Shown: positions 16,981 to 26,065 of the stretch, in pieces
Layout: the number at the start of each line of letters is the position of its first letter
Numbering within the stretch: position 1 is the first letter of the stretch
From: Candidatus Subterrananammoxibius californiae
Lineage (GTDB): Bacteria > Planctomycetota > Brocadiia > Brocadiales > Subterrananammoxibiaceae
Assembly (NCBI GenBank): GCA_030586555.1
Contig: JAURAC010000005.1
Location: 71,959 to 101,001 of the forward strand
DNA: 29,043 nucleotides
Direction: 5' to 3'
Position numbers and translations under genes: made by a program
The notes under the pieces: generated by a model
Databases searched by the model: none
What the model saw: only the letters and a program-made list of their open reading frames with translations
What the model was told of the DNA's origin: nothing

Positions 16981-18567
16981 ATGGAAAACGAAAAAGAGAT
17001 TATAATCACCAAAAAACACAATGTCCTTTACAGGGTCTTTATTTCTACCAAGACCTCGGTAATATTGTTTGGGTGTCTGCTTATCTTCTTTTTGATTGGC
17101 AGTATATTACCCTACCATGGCGATTATAATAATATTACTGTAAAGGGCTTCTTATTTAAGGTTATAAAAGCGCTCGACCTATTAAATGTTTATTCAGGCC
17201 CGTGGTTTCTAACCGCAGCGGCGCTCTTTCTTGCCAACATATCTGTATGCTCCTATCACCGATTGCGATGCATTATAAGGGGACATCGGCCGAAAACCTT
17301 GAGTGTCAGGTCAATATCAGCGCATAGGGACGTCCTACGGTTCTCATTCTCTGCGCCAGTAGACGATGTAGTAAATAAATTGCATCACTTTTTCCGTCCC
17401 AGATTGTTTCGCAGGATACCTGTAAAGACAAAAGACGAAAACACAATTGGGGGTTTTTATGAAAAGGGTATTCTTCATCCTAATTACCTTTCCTTAATTT
17501 TTCACTTTTCCGTTGTCCTTATCCTCGTGGGATGCGTGATAACATTTCTTTTTGCCTTTGAAGGCGAGGTAACAATATTTGACGATAAACCCGTTGAGAT
17601 AGCCACTATTTCAGATAAGACTACCTGGCACAAACTTTTTGGTGGGAAACAGTCTGCCTCAGGCGGATTTGTTGTCCCTGATAACGAGAAGTTTGAAGTA
17701 GGGCTAAAGAAGTTTGAGACAAAATATACCTACAGACCAAGGGTTAAGAATTTTCCCATGAAAGGCTTTGCCCAGCGCACAAAGGAAATAGTTAAACAGG
17801 CTAATTTAACCTTGTATTCGAAAGAGGATAGCTACTACCCGATTGAATATTCCAGTCAACTAAAGATTTGCGACCCCTCCACCACATCTCCTCAAAAGTG
17901 CTGGGACGTTTTCACTAAGGTAAACCTTCCTTTACGCTATCGAGGTATTACATTTTACCAGTCTGCCTATGATTACCGCTTCGACTTGCTTGCAAATGGA
18001 GAAAAAGTAGAAATCAGTGAAGAGGGTAAATTTAAGCTACCTGGAATAGATGGGGAATTTGAGAAGGGAGAAATCGTATCGGGAAAATTTGTTGAAAGGG
18101 ATGACTCTATTTCACCAATCCAGCCATTTGTAAAAGTAGGCTACACGCCTTCTGATAAAGACGAAAATGCGCTTAAAGAAACATTTAAACTCCTCGAAGG
18201 CATTGAGCAAGATATTAAAGGTGCAAATGTAAAGGTGGAGAATTTTCGGGCAGGCACTGTGTTGAGCTATCGTCACGACCCAGGGCTGAAACCATTGTGG
18301 GTCGGTGCGCCCATATTATTTTTCGCCATGCTATTTCGAGCATGGGGATGCTGGTACAGGGTAAGTTATGTAGTTGAAAAGACAGCTGTAGGGGCAGGTT
18401 TTAAACCTGCCCCTACGAACCTCTATCTGCATATTCACAGGACGGGAATTTGGGGAAACGAGGAAGGGATATTAAGGAAACTTGAAAGAGCCCTTGGGTC
18501 ATCCTATGGCGCTGGAAAAAGAGCAGAAGATTCAGAGACAATATACCCGGTTGGCAGACCGCTATGA
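16981..18567 (+). CDS. resB: Cytochrome c biogenesis protein ResB/CcsB
   Basis: GSILP...VYSGPWF...NISVCS; conserved His in IFHFSVVLIL; VNLPLRYRGITFYQSAY; HDPG then TM. Confidence 0.88.
   Translation: MENEKEIIITKKHNVLYRVFISTKTSVILFGCLLIFFLIGSILPYHGDYNNITVKGFLFKVIKALDLLNVYSGPWFLTAAALFLANISVCSYHRLRCIIRGHRPKTLSVRSISAHRDVLRFSFSAPVDDVVNKLHHFFRPRLFRRIPVKTKDENTIGGFYEKGILHPNYLSLIFHFSVVLILVGCVITFLFAFEGEVTIFDDKPVEIATISDKTTWHKLFGGKQSASGGFVVPDNEKFEVGLKKFETKYTYRPRVKNFPMKGFAQRTKEIVKQANLTLYSKEDSYYPIEYSSQLKICDPSTTSPQKCWDVFTKVNLPLRYRGITFYQSAYDYRFDLLANGEKVEISEEGKFKLPGIDGEFEKGEIVSGKFVERDDSISPIQPFVKVGYTPSDKDENALKETFKLLEGIEQDIKGANVKVENFRAGTVLSYRHDPGLKPLWVGAPILFFAMLFRAWGCWYRVSYVVEKTAVGAGFKPAPTNLYLHIHRTGIWGNEEGILRKLERALGSSYGAGKRAEDSETIYPVGRPL
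18388..18416. repeat. GTAG-type REP palindrome, in frame in resB
   Basis: GTAGGGGCAGGTTT-T-AAACCTGCCCCTAC, perfect 14-bp arms; encodes VGAGFKPAPT. Confidence 0.9.
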
Positions 18568-19144
18568 CAGCCGCTGGAAGGGCTATATTGCCTCGACACT
18601 GCAAAAGGCTTATGAAGTCCTTAATCCCGCCGGGAACGAGAGAATCCTGGACATTGCCTGTGGGACGGGGGTATTGGAAGAAATTATCCTCAAAAAGCAT
18701 CCGTACCAGCGTGTTGTTGGGTTTGACCTTACAAAAGAAATGCTACAGGTGGCATGTAAAAAATTTGCTATCCGCCACAACGTACATTTTTTGTGTGCCA
18801 ATGCCTCGAAACTTCCTTTTGCGACAGGGTCATTCGATATAGTAGTTTGTTGCAACTCTTTTCATTATTTTATAGAACCATCGACAATACTTGATGAATG
18901 CTTCCGTGTACTTAATTCCGATGGACGCCTCATCCTCTTAGACTGGTGCCGCAATTATCTCACCTGCCGATTATGCGACATTTTCCTAAAGCTCTTTGAC
19001 CATGCCCACCATAACTGCTATCGGTTTGATGAATTACAGAGTCTTATTGAGGGTGAAAATTTCCAGATACACTCAAAAATGATGTTTCGAGCAAACAGAT
19101 TCTGGGGAATGATGTGTTTTGAAGCGATAAAGAAAAAGCCTTGA
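18506..19144 (+). CDS. Class I SAM-dependent methyltransferase
   Basis: ILDIACGTG, GFDLTKEML, LPFATGSFDIV, RVLNSDGRLILLDW; overlaps the resB 3' end by 62 bp. Confidence 0.9.
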   Translation: MALEKEQKIQRQYTRLADRYDSRWKGYIASTLQKAYEVLNPAGNERILDIACGTGVLEEIILKKHPYQRVVGFDLTKEMLQVACKKFAIRHNVHFLCANASKLPFATGSFDIVVCCNSFHYFIEPSTILDECFRVLNSDGRLILLDWCRNYLTCRLCDIFLKLFDHAHHNCYRFDELQSLIEGENFQIHSKMMFRANRFWGMMCFEAIKKKP

Positions 19145-19169
19145 TTGTACGACCTTATGTGGATATACT
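19141..19169 (+). promoter_or_regulatory. Putative promoter of the DUF4258/DUF2283 pair
   Basis: TTGATT, 17 bp, TATACT; RBS AAGGAG before TTG 19206. Confidence 0.5.
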
Positions 19170-19205
19170 TTTTCTAAGAAATGTCCTGTTTAAGGAGAAC
19201 AAGTA

Positions 19206-19475
19206 TTGAAGCCCGTTAGTTTCTCCTCACATGCCCGTACTCAAATGGAACTACGTGGGGCAGAGGATGTAGAAGTTATCTCAGCCATCAATTCTGGAAC
19301 ACGGGAAACTGCAAAGCGAGGCAAATTACAATGTCGTCATTGCTTTAATTTCAATCGTATATCGCCGGTTAATCAACGGTTTTACAAGTATAAGACAGTT
19401 GAGGCGGTCTTCGTTGAAGAAGGCGACCGAATAGTTGTAGTAACTGTAAAAGTTTACTACTCTAATAAGGAGTAA
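19206..19475 (+). CDS. DUF4258-like putative toxin
   Basis: FSSHARTQMELRG...EV...IVVVTVKVYY. Confidence 0.75.
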   Translation: MKPVSFSSHARTQMELRGAEDVEVISAINSGTRETAKRGKLQCRHCFNFNRISPVNQRFYKYKTVEAVFVEEGDRIVVVTVKVYYSNKE

Positions 19476-19479
19476 GCCC

Positions 19480-19704
19480 ATGAAAATTCAATATGATGCA
19501 GAGGTAGATGCCCTTTACATAGAGTTTCATCCTTTGGCTCCAGGAACAGCCGAGAATCGCCCACTGAGTGAAGAGGTAATAGCCAACTACGGTCCTAACG
19601 GAAGGCTTGCCGGCATAGAAATCCTCGATGCCAGTGTGGTATTAGGCGAAGACATCCAGAAGCTGGTCTTTGAGGTCAGTCCTGTGCTCCATCGAGTAGG
19701 TTGA
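19480..19704 (+). CDS. DUF2283 protein (putative antitoxin)
   Basis: MKIQYDAEVDALYIEF...GRLAGIEILDAS. Confidence 0.88.
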   Translation: MKIQYDAEVDALYIEFHPLAPGTAENRPLSEEVIANYGPNGRLAGIEILDASVVLGEDIQKLVFEVSPVLHRVG

Positions 19705-19771
19705 AAATCCTCTTGTAAATACTTTTTGAATCAAAAAACCACCGTCTGAAACAGGAAAGGAGATAATAGTA

Positions 19772-20551
19772 GTGAAAATAAAACTTAAATTAGGAGTGTT
19801 TTTATTCTTTTCTGGGCTTCTTTGTTTGCTCTGGCTTAATGTTTATGCAGACATGTACATCGAATCAAAAACTACCCATGATGCACCTGGACAGGCGGGA
19901 CTGGAGATACTTGAAAAGACGTATGTGACTGCTGATAAGATGAAGACAGTGCTAAGCGATGGCGAAATAGTTATTTTTCGCCTTGATAAAGGGTTAATAT
20001 GGAATATTGATAGCCCCGGCAAGACATATACCGAGTCAACATTTGAGGAGATGAAGGAATCGGCTCAATTGGCAACGAAAGGTATTGAAAGCGCATTAGC
20101 AGAAATGTCTCCTGAAGAACGGAAGGCAATGGAACAATTTATGCCGCAGTTTGGGAAATCTAAAAAAATTGAGGTAAAAATAGAAAAGACAGGAAAGAAA
20201 AGGGATGTCTCTGGTTATAAATGTGAATTGATAATTGCCACTATGGATACAACAAGGTTTGAAATGTGGGTAACGGAACAGGTAAAATATGATGAAGGTG
20301 CAAGGAAATTCTTTGAAGCATTAAGTTCAATATTTTCAGATGTTCCCACTTACCAGGAAATGGTATCCGAGTACCAGAGCCTTATGAAGCTCGAAGGTTT
20401 TCCAGTGGAAACCAAAACCACAGTAAATATGGGGCACGAGAGCTATTCATCAACTTCTATTGTAACCAAGGTGGAACCGAAGAAAATCAGTGATTCAGAA
20501 TTTGAGTTGCCAGCAGGGCTAAGAAAGGTGATGTCAGAGGAAGCGCCTTAA
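19772..20551 (+). CDS. Exported DUF4412-like protein
   Basis: Signal peptide; KTGKKRDVSGYKC...EMWVT...EGFPV...SDSEFELPAG. Confidence 0.75.
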   Translation: MKIKLKLGVFLFFSGLLCLLWLNVYADMYIESKTTHDAPGQAGLEILEKTYVTADKMKTVLSDGEIVIFRLDKGLIWNIDSPGKTYTESTFEEMKESAQLATKGIESALAEMSPEERKAMEQFMPQFGKSKKIEVKIEKTGKKRDVSGYKCELIIATMDTTRFEMWVTEQVKYDEGARKFFEALSSIFSDVPTYQEMVSEYQSLMKLEGFPVETKTTVNMGHESYSSTSIVTKVEPKKISDSEFELPAGLRKVMSEEAP

Positions 20552-20602
20552 TCACTATATGGTTAAGGGAAAACAGGATAATATTCGGAGACCAAAGAAG
20601 AT

Positions 20603-20944
20603 TTGAGTGACCTTGTTTTTTTGGAAAAGATAAAGACGTTAGCCCGAACTCGTAAAATTGAATGGAAAAGGCATGCGCTTAAGAAACTTCTTGAAAGAGA
20701 CATCCGAAGGACTGAAGTCTTCGATGCATTGGAGAACTGTGAAATTGTTGAGGCGTATCTGCACGATAAGCCTCTACCACGTTTTTTACTCTTAGGTTTT
20801 CATGAGAAAAAGGCTTTGCATATAGTGGTGGTAGTAGATGAGACGGAGGACGTTTTGTGGATTATTACCGTATACGAACCATCTCCTGAGAAATGGGAGA
20901 AAGACCTGAAGAAAGGAGAAAGCAATGAAATGTCCTGTTTGTAA
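20603..20944 (+). CDS. DUF4258 putative toxin
   Basis: WKRHALKKLLERDI...EIVEAY...LLLG...LHIVV...IITVYEPSPEKW. Confidence 0.85.
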   Translation: MSDLVFLEKIKTLARTRKIEWKRHALKKLLERDIRRTEVFDALENCEIVEAYLHDKPLPRFLLLGFHEKKALHIVVVVDETEDVLWIITVYEPSPEKWEKDLKKGESNEMSCL

Positions 20945-21152
20945 AGGAAACATTAAAAGGGGCACAACCAACCTTCCTGTAGAGATTGAGAGAGGAATAT
21001 TATTTATCAAAAGCGTACCAGCCGACGTATGTGATCAGTGCGAAGAGGTATTTATCCCTGACGAAGTCGCCTCTTTGGTGGAGAAGATTGTGGCAAAGGC
21101 AAGAGATATGAAAGTGGAGCTTGAGGTAATCTCTTACGAGGCAGTTGCTTGA
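20925..21152 (+). CDS. YgiT/MqsA-type zinc-finger protein (putative antitoxin)
   Basis: MKCPVCKG...IKSVPADVCDQCEE. Confidence 0.88.
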   Translation: MKCPVCKGNIKRGTTNLPVEIERGILFIKSVPADVCDQCEEVFIPDEVASLVEKIVAKARDMKVELEVISYEAVA

Positions 21153-21188
21153 TACAAGATAATCAATGATAAATAGAAAGGCATTTTC

Positions 21189-22055
21189 ATGACAGAACCC
21201 TGTATAGGAATAATTGGTGGAAGCGGGCTTTATAATATAGAGGGAATTAAAGACGTTAAAAGCGTAGAATTAGAGACCCCATTTGGCAAACCATCGGATG
21301 CCTTTACCACAGGAACCCTTGAGGGACGGAGTGTCGTTTTCTTGCCCCGTCATGGCAAAGGACATACAATCTTGCCTACGGAGATAAACTTCAGGGCGAA
21401 TATTTGGGGGATGAAGAAGTTGGGGGTTACACATATTATCGCAGTCAGCGCCGTGGGCAGTATGAAGGAAGAAATAAAACCGCTCGATATTGTCATTCCA
21501 GACCAATTTTACGACCACACAAAGCGTAGAAACAGCACCTTCTTTGGCGACGGGATTGTAGCTCACATTAGCTTTGCCGACCCAATCTGTTCCGTACTTG
21601 CAGGGGTACTCTTTAACACTGCAAAACAGATTGGCGCAACGGTTCATAAAGGTGGAACGTATCTTTGCATCGAAGGTCCACAATTTTCAACAAGGGCAGA
21701 GTCGCTGATTTTTCGGCAGTGGGGCGTAAGCGTAATAGGCATGACCAATGTTCAGGAGGCGAAATTAGCCAGGGAGGCTGAGATATGCTATAGCACAATG
21801 GCGCTTGCTACAGACTATGATTGCTGGCACGTTGGAGAAGAAGAGGTTACCCTTGAAATGGTTGTAAAGAATCTTGAGAAAAACGTTGAGACTGCAAAAC
21901 GTATAATAAAGGCGGCGCTTCCAATGGTAAAATTAGAGCGGCAATGTCCATGTGCTACAGCTATTAGCAAAGCCATTGTTACCAGGCACGATTTAATTCC
22001 TGAGGAAACCAAGAAAAGGCTTGATATTATAATAGGTAAATATCTCTCTAGGTAA
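21189..22055 (+). CDS. mtnP: S-methyl-5'-thioadenosine phosphorylase
   Basis: IGIIGGSGLY, TPFGKPS, FLPRHG, EGPQFSTRAES, VIGMT, ATDYDCWH. Confidence 0.95.
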   Translation: MTEPCIGIIGGSGLYNIEGIKDVKSVELETPFGKPSDAFTTGTLEGRSVVFLPRHGKGHTILPTEINFRANIWGMKKLGVTHIIAVSAVGSMKEEIKPLDIVIPDQFYDHTKRRNSTFFGDGIVAHISFADPICSVLAGVLFNTAKQIGATVHKGGTYLCIEGPQFSTRAESLIFRQWGVSVIGMTNVQEAKLAREAEICYSTMALATDYDCWHVGEEEVTLEMVVKNLEKNVETAKRIIKAALPMVKLERQCPCATAISKAIVTRHDLIPEETKKRLDIIIGKYLSR

Positions 22056-22088
22056 GCTTATAACCCCTTCGCAAAGGACTGGATAAAT

Positions 22089-22160
22089 AGCCCGCGGTGG
22101 GATTCGAACCTACAACCTCAGCTTTACGAAAGCCGTGCTCTGCCGTTGAGCTACGCGGGC
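22089..22160 (-). tRNA. tRNA-Thr(CGT), CCA not encoded
   Basis: GCCCGCG acceptor stem, GCTC/GAGC D-stem, anticodon loop TTCGTAA, GGTTCGAATCC T-arm (one A-C mismatch in the T-stem). Confidence 0.95.
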
Positions 22161-22166
22161 ACATCG

Positions 22167-22228
22167 AATGCGGAATGTGGATTTCGGAATGAGGAATAAA
22201 GTGATTTTGCTTTCTGCATTCCGCAATC
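22167..22228. repeat. Heptamer tandem palindrome in the tRNA leader
   Basis: AATGCGG AATGTGG ATTTCGG AATGAGG ... ATTTTGC TTTCTGC ATTCCGC; same unit type as 744-764. Confidence 0.8.
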
Positions 22229-22279
22229 AGTTTAATCCCTTCATAATTATTTGTCAAGTGTTAAGTAGTGTGGTACAAT
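22229..22279. promoter_or_regulatory. Back-to-back promoters for tRNA-Thr and uvrB with overlapping -35 boxes
   Basis: Plus: TTGTCA(22251)-17-TACAAT(22274) with extended TG. Minus: TTGACA(22257-22252)-17-TAAACT(22234-22229). Confidence 0.7.
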
Positions 22280-22286
22280 ATAAAAC

Positions 22287-24251
22287 ATGTCTCAATTCAA
22301 ACTGGTTTCTAAGTTCCAACCCTGCGGTGACCAGCCGAAGGCGATTAAACAGCTCGTTAATGCCTTTCGCTCCGGGGAAAAGTACCAGACCTTACTGGGA
22401 GTGACGGGCTCCGGGAAGACCTTTACCATGGCAAACGTTATCGAAGCCCTCGGTAAGCCTGCCCTCGTAATGTCGCACAACAAAACACTTGCTGCCCAGC
22501 TTTATAGCGAATTCCGTGATTTTTTCCCAGAAAATGCGGTCAGGTATTTCGTTAGCTATTATGATTATTATCAACCAGAAGCCTACATCCCGCAAAGAGA
22601 CATTTATATCGAAAAGGAGGCAACAATAAACGATGAACTCGACCGCTTGCGTCTTGCTGCTACGAGCGCACTTATGTTCCGTAACGATGTGATTATTGTG
22701 GCAAGCGTTTCATGCATTTACGGATTGGGTTCGCCTGAAGAATATCAAGAAATGTATGTATCGCTTCGCAGGGGCGAAGAGATAGAGCGCAATAAGCTCC
22801 TTAGAAAACTTGTCAATATTCAGTATGAGCGTAATGATACAACGTTCTCACGTGGGACTTTCAGGGTTTGCGGGGACGTTGTAGAGGTCTATCCAGCCTA
22901 TGAGGAATTTGCCTGCCGTATTGAGTTCTTTGGCGACGAGGTTGATAGGTTATCTACCATAGACCCCATGACGGGTGATACCATTGAGGATGCCGATGAG
23001 TTATCCATTTATCCTGCAAAGCATTTCGTAATGCCCGAAGGGAAGATAAACCGTGTGATTGATTCGATTGAACAGGAGCTTGTGGAACGTCTTGCTGAAT
23101 TGCGTTCAAAGGGCAAGCTTATAGAGGCACAGCGTCTTGAGGCTCGTACACGGTATGACATGGAGATGATGCTTGAGGTCGGGTATTGTCACGGAATAGA
23201 AAATTACTCACGCCATATAAGCGGGAGGGCGCCGGGCGAAAAACCGTACACGTTATTTGATTATTTTCCTGAGGATTTCTTCCTTATTGTGGATGAATCC
23301 CACGTTGCGGTGCCGCAGATTGCAGGGATGTATAATGGTGACCGCTCGCGCAAAGAGACCCTTGTTGCGCACGGCTTCAGACTTCCATCTGCCCTCGATA
23401 ATCGTCCGCTGCGCTTTGACGAATGGGAGAAGATGGTCAGGCAAGTGCTCTTTGTTTCTGCGACCCCGGCAGAGTACGAACTTGAAAAAAACGGGGGAGA
23501 GGTTGTGGAGCAGATTATCAGGCCTACTGGCCTTGTTGACCCAATCGTTGTGGTTAAACCTGCTCGAAACCAGGTGCAAGACCTTCTTGAGCAAATTAAG
23601 AAGCGTGCAAAGCAGAAAGAAAGGGTGCTTGTAACAACGCTGACGAAGAGACTGGCAGAGGATTTGAGCGAGTACATCAGGGATGAGGGACTTAAGGGTA
23701 TGTATCTTCATTCCGAGCTTAATGCAATCGAGCGGATGGAGATACTCAGGGACCTGCGGCTGGGTAGATTCGATGTTCTTGTTGGGGTGAACCTGTTAAG
23801 GGAAGGTCTCGATATTCCTGAGGTTTCCCTTGTTGCAATCCTTGATGCCGATAAGGAAGGATTCTTGCGTTCAGAGACCTCGCTCATCCAGACCATTGGC
23901 CGCACGGCTCGAAACGTGAACGCAATGGTCATACTATATGCAGATGAAATTACAAAGTCCATGCAGACGGCAATTAATGAAACAGAGAGACGCCGCAAGC
24001 TCCAACTTGAATACAACAAGAAACATCATATTATACCGCAAACCATTGTGAAGGAGATTCGTAAGGGTATTGAAGATGAGTTTGAATCAAGAAAGCTTGC
24101 AAGGGAGATTGTAGCTGAAGGTGAAGCAGAATATGTTACACAGGAATACATTAACGAGCTTGAGGATGAGATGCAGGAGGCTGCAAAGAACCTTGAGTTT
24201 GAACGGGCAGCGGAACTGAGGGATAGAATATTGCAGTTACAGGGAAAGTGA
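22287..24251 (+). CDS. uvrB: Excinuclease ABC subunit B
   Basis: [43 protein letters not shown]-terminal UVR motif [11 protein letters not shown]. Confidence 0.98.
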   Translation: MSQFKLVSKFQPCGDQPKAIKQLVNAFRSGEKYQTLLGVTGSGKTFTMANVIEALGKPALVMSHNKTLAAQLYSEFRDFFPENAVRYFVSYYDYYQPEAYIPQRDIYIEKEATINDELDRLRLAATSALMFRNDVIIVASVSCIYGLGSPEEYQEMYVSLRRGEEIERNKLLRKLVNIQYERNDTTFSRGTFRVCGDVVEVYPAYEEFACRIEFFGDEVDRLSTIDPMTGDTIEDADELSIYPAKHFVMPEGKINRVIDSIEQELVERLAELRSKGKLIEAQRLEARTRYDMEMMLEVGYCHGIENYSRHISGRAPGEKPYTLFDYFPEDFFLIVDESHVAVPQIAGMYNGDRSRKETLVAHGFRLPSALDNRPLRFDEWEKMVRQVLFVSATPAEYELEKNGGEVVEQIIRPTGLVDPIVVVKPARNQVQDLLEQIKKRAKQKERVLVTTLTKRLAEDLSEYIRDEGLKGMYLHSELNAIERMEILRDLRLGRFDVLVGVNLLREGLDIPEVSLVAILDADKEGFLRSETSLIQTIGRTARNVNAMVILYADEITKSMQTAINETERRRKLQLEYNKKHHIIPQTIVKEIRKGIEDEFESRKLAREIVAEGEAEYVTQEYINELEDEMQEAAKNLEFERAAELRDRILQLQGK

Positions 24252-24262
24252 TGTTTTGCAAT

Positions 24263-24379
24263 AAAGGGAATTAAGGGGTGTGTTACCTCCCCTCTAAAAA
24301 GTCGAAGATCCGCCTTAGGTGGGAGGGGGATAGGGGGCGTGTGCCTTCCCCTCTAACAAGAGGGGATTAAGGGGTGTGT
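24263..24379. repeat. Three tandem family B units (TCCCCTCTnnnnAGAGGGG..GGGGTGTGT); the middle one carries a 22-bp family E insert
   Basis: Units at 24263-24283 (partial), 24288-24342 and 24346-24379; insert GTCGAAGATCCGCCTTAGGTGG at 24301-24322. Confidence 0.88.
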
Positions 24380-24423
24380 AATACTCCTGACCACCCGGCA
24401 GATAATAGGTTAAGGACAAATAA

Positions 24424-26058
24424 ATGCCTAACAAAAGGGAAGAAATAAGCAAAAAATATACTGAAACACCTGAGTTGAAAGCAACACTCAAATCTGAAAT
24501 TGCTGTTGAGGGGGAACTTCCGTGTATTCTTGTTTATTCTGAGAATAAACACGTTGATTATATTTACCCCCTTCTATTACAAATTGAAACTGTACTAAAA
24601 AATCATGGCTTTAAGCCACAACGGCTTGGAGACGAAATCAGAAGCACGGAAGATTATCTGAATAAATTAGAAGAACTAATTAAGAATTGTGTGTCGGGTG
24701 TTGTAGTACTTGACGGCTTTAGACCTAATGTGCTATTTGAGTTTGGCTTTTTAAAGGGAAGTAAAAAGCCCATAGTTTTACTTCAGTCAAAAGATGCCGT
24801 AATAAATGTAAAAACTTTATATGAGTCATTTGAAGAATCAGACTTGGGTGATAAGTCTTTTAAAAGGTTGAGAAATCCTTCAATTATACCTGCAGTTCAT
24901 CTCTCGGACTGGGCTGGCAAACATATAGCATTTATTGATTGGAAGGCTAAGGAGACTGAACCGAAACATCCCTCAGTTGTACTAAAAGAGGAACTTAAGA
25001 AAAATGAAGACATAATTATTAAAGAAGCAAAAAATTTAAAAGCAAAAAATATAACCTCCGAGGGGTTTTTACAGCCGTTAACGAACATTATAAAGTATTA
25101 TATAGATGCTGTACAATTCAGTGTTGATGATCTTAAAAAGGCACGTAATGATATTATATCTATAGCAAGGGAGGGTGGCTTTCAAGTCCCAGAGGATGTT
25201 TACAGTATGATTGCAACTACATATTATAAGAAAGGCGAGTATGACCTTGCAATCTCTGATTACAACAAGGCAATAGAGATAAACCCGAGGCTTGCTGAGG
25301 CATACTACAATCGGGGGACTGCCTATGGTAAGAAAGGCGAGTATGACCGTGCAATCCTTGATTTTAACAAGGCAATAGAGATAAACCCGAGGCTTGCTGA
25401 GGCATACTACAATCGGGGGACTGCCTATGGTAAGAAAGGCGAGTATGACCGTGCAATCCTTGATTACAACAAGGCATTAGAGATAAACCCGAGGCTTGCT
25501 GAGGCATACAACAATCGGGGGACTGCCTATTCGGATAAAGGCGAGTATGACCTGGCAATCCTTGATTTCAATAAGGCGTTGGAGATAAACCCGAGGGATG
25601 CTAAGGCATACATCAATCGGGGGAATGCCTATAATAACAAAGGCGAGTATGATATGGCAATCCTTGATTTCAACAAGGCGCTGGAGATAAACCCAAGGTT
25701 GGCTGAGGCATACAACAATCGGGGGAATACCTATGATAAGAAAGGCGAGTATGACAGCGCCATCTCTGATTACAACCGTGCGCTTGAGATAAACCCGAGG
25801 TATGCTGATGCATACTACAATCGTGGGACTGCCTACGGCGGGAAAGGCGAATATGACCGTGCAATCGAGGATTTCAATAAGGCGTTGGAGATAAACCCGA
25901 GGAATGCTAAGGCATACATCAATCGGGCAGTTGCTTATTGTGCCAAAGGGGATTATGATAGGGCGTGGGAGGATGTACATAAGGCACAGGATTTGGGCTA
26001 CCAGGTGAATCCAAAGCTTCTTGAGCTTCTTCGTGAAGCTTCGGGGAGGCAAAGATGA
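24424..26058 (+). CDS. NDT/TIR-like N-terminal domain fused to about 8 TPR repeats
   Basis: GFKPQRLGDE...IKNCVSGVVVLDGFRPNVLFEFGFLKGSKKPIVLL (nucleoside-deoxyribosyltransferase-like signature); 34-aa repeats AYxNRGxAYxxKGEYDxAIxDxNKALEINP. Confidence 0.85.
   Translation: MPNKREEISKKYTETPELKATLKSEIAVEGELPCILVYSENKHVDYIYPLLLQIETVLKNHGFKPQRLGDEIRSTEDYLNKLEELIKNCVSGVVVLDGFRPNVLFEFGFLKGSKKPIVLLQSKDAVINVKTLYESFEESDLGDKSFKRLRNPSIIPAVHLSDWAGKHIAFIDWKAKETEPKHPSVVLKEELKKNEDIIIKEAKNLKAKNITSEGFLQPLTNIIKYYIDAVQFSVDDLKKARNDIISIAREGGFQVPEDVYSMIATTYYKKGEYDLAISDYNKAIEINPRLAEAYYNRGTAYGKKGEYDRAILDFNKAIEINPRLAEAYYNRGTAYGKKGEYDRAILDYNKALEINPRLAEAYNNRGTAYSDKGEYDLAILDFNKALEINPRDAKAYINRGNAYNNKGEYDMAILDFNKALEINPRLAEAYNNRGNTYDKKGEYDSAISDYNRALEINPRYADAYYNRGTAYGGKGEYDRAIEDFNKALEINPRNAKAYINRAVAYCAKGDYDRAWEDVHKAQDLGYQVNPKLLELLREASGRQR
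25231..25960 (+). repeat. 102-bp DNA tandem repeats encoding TPRs (7 full units plus a partial one)
   Basis: AAAGGCGARTATGA at 25231, 25333, 25435, 25537, 25639, 25741, 25843; units 1 and 2 differ at 5 of 102 nt. Confidence 0.95.
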
Positions 26059-26065
26059 CAAAAAA

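Noticed and set aside
22089..22160. tRNA as integration site of a genomic island
   Set aside because: No duplicated tRNA 3' end and no integrase seen; the flanks are mtnP and uvrB.
25231..25960. CRISPR array or DGR template/variable repeat
   Set aside because: Units are contiguous in-frame 102-bp TPR codings without unique spacers; changes are not confined to adenines; no cas or reverse transcriptase gene is in the window.
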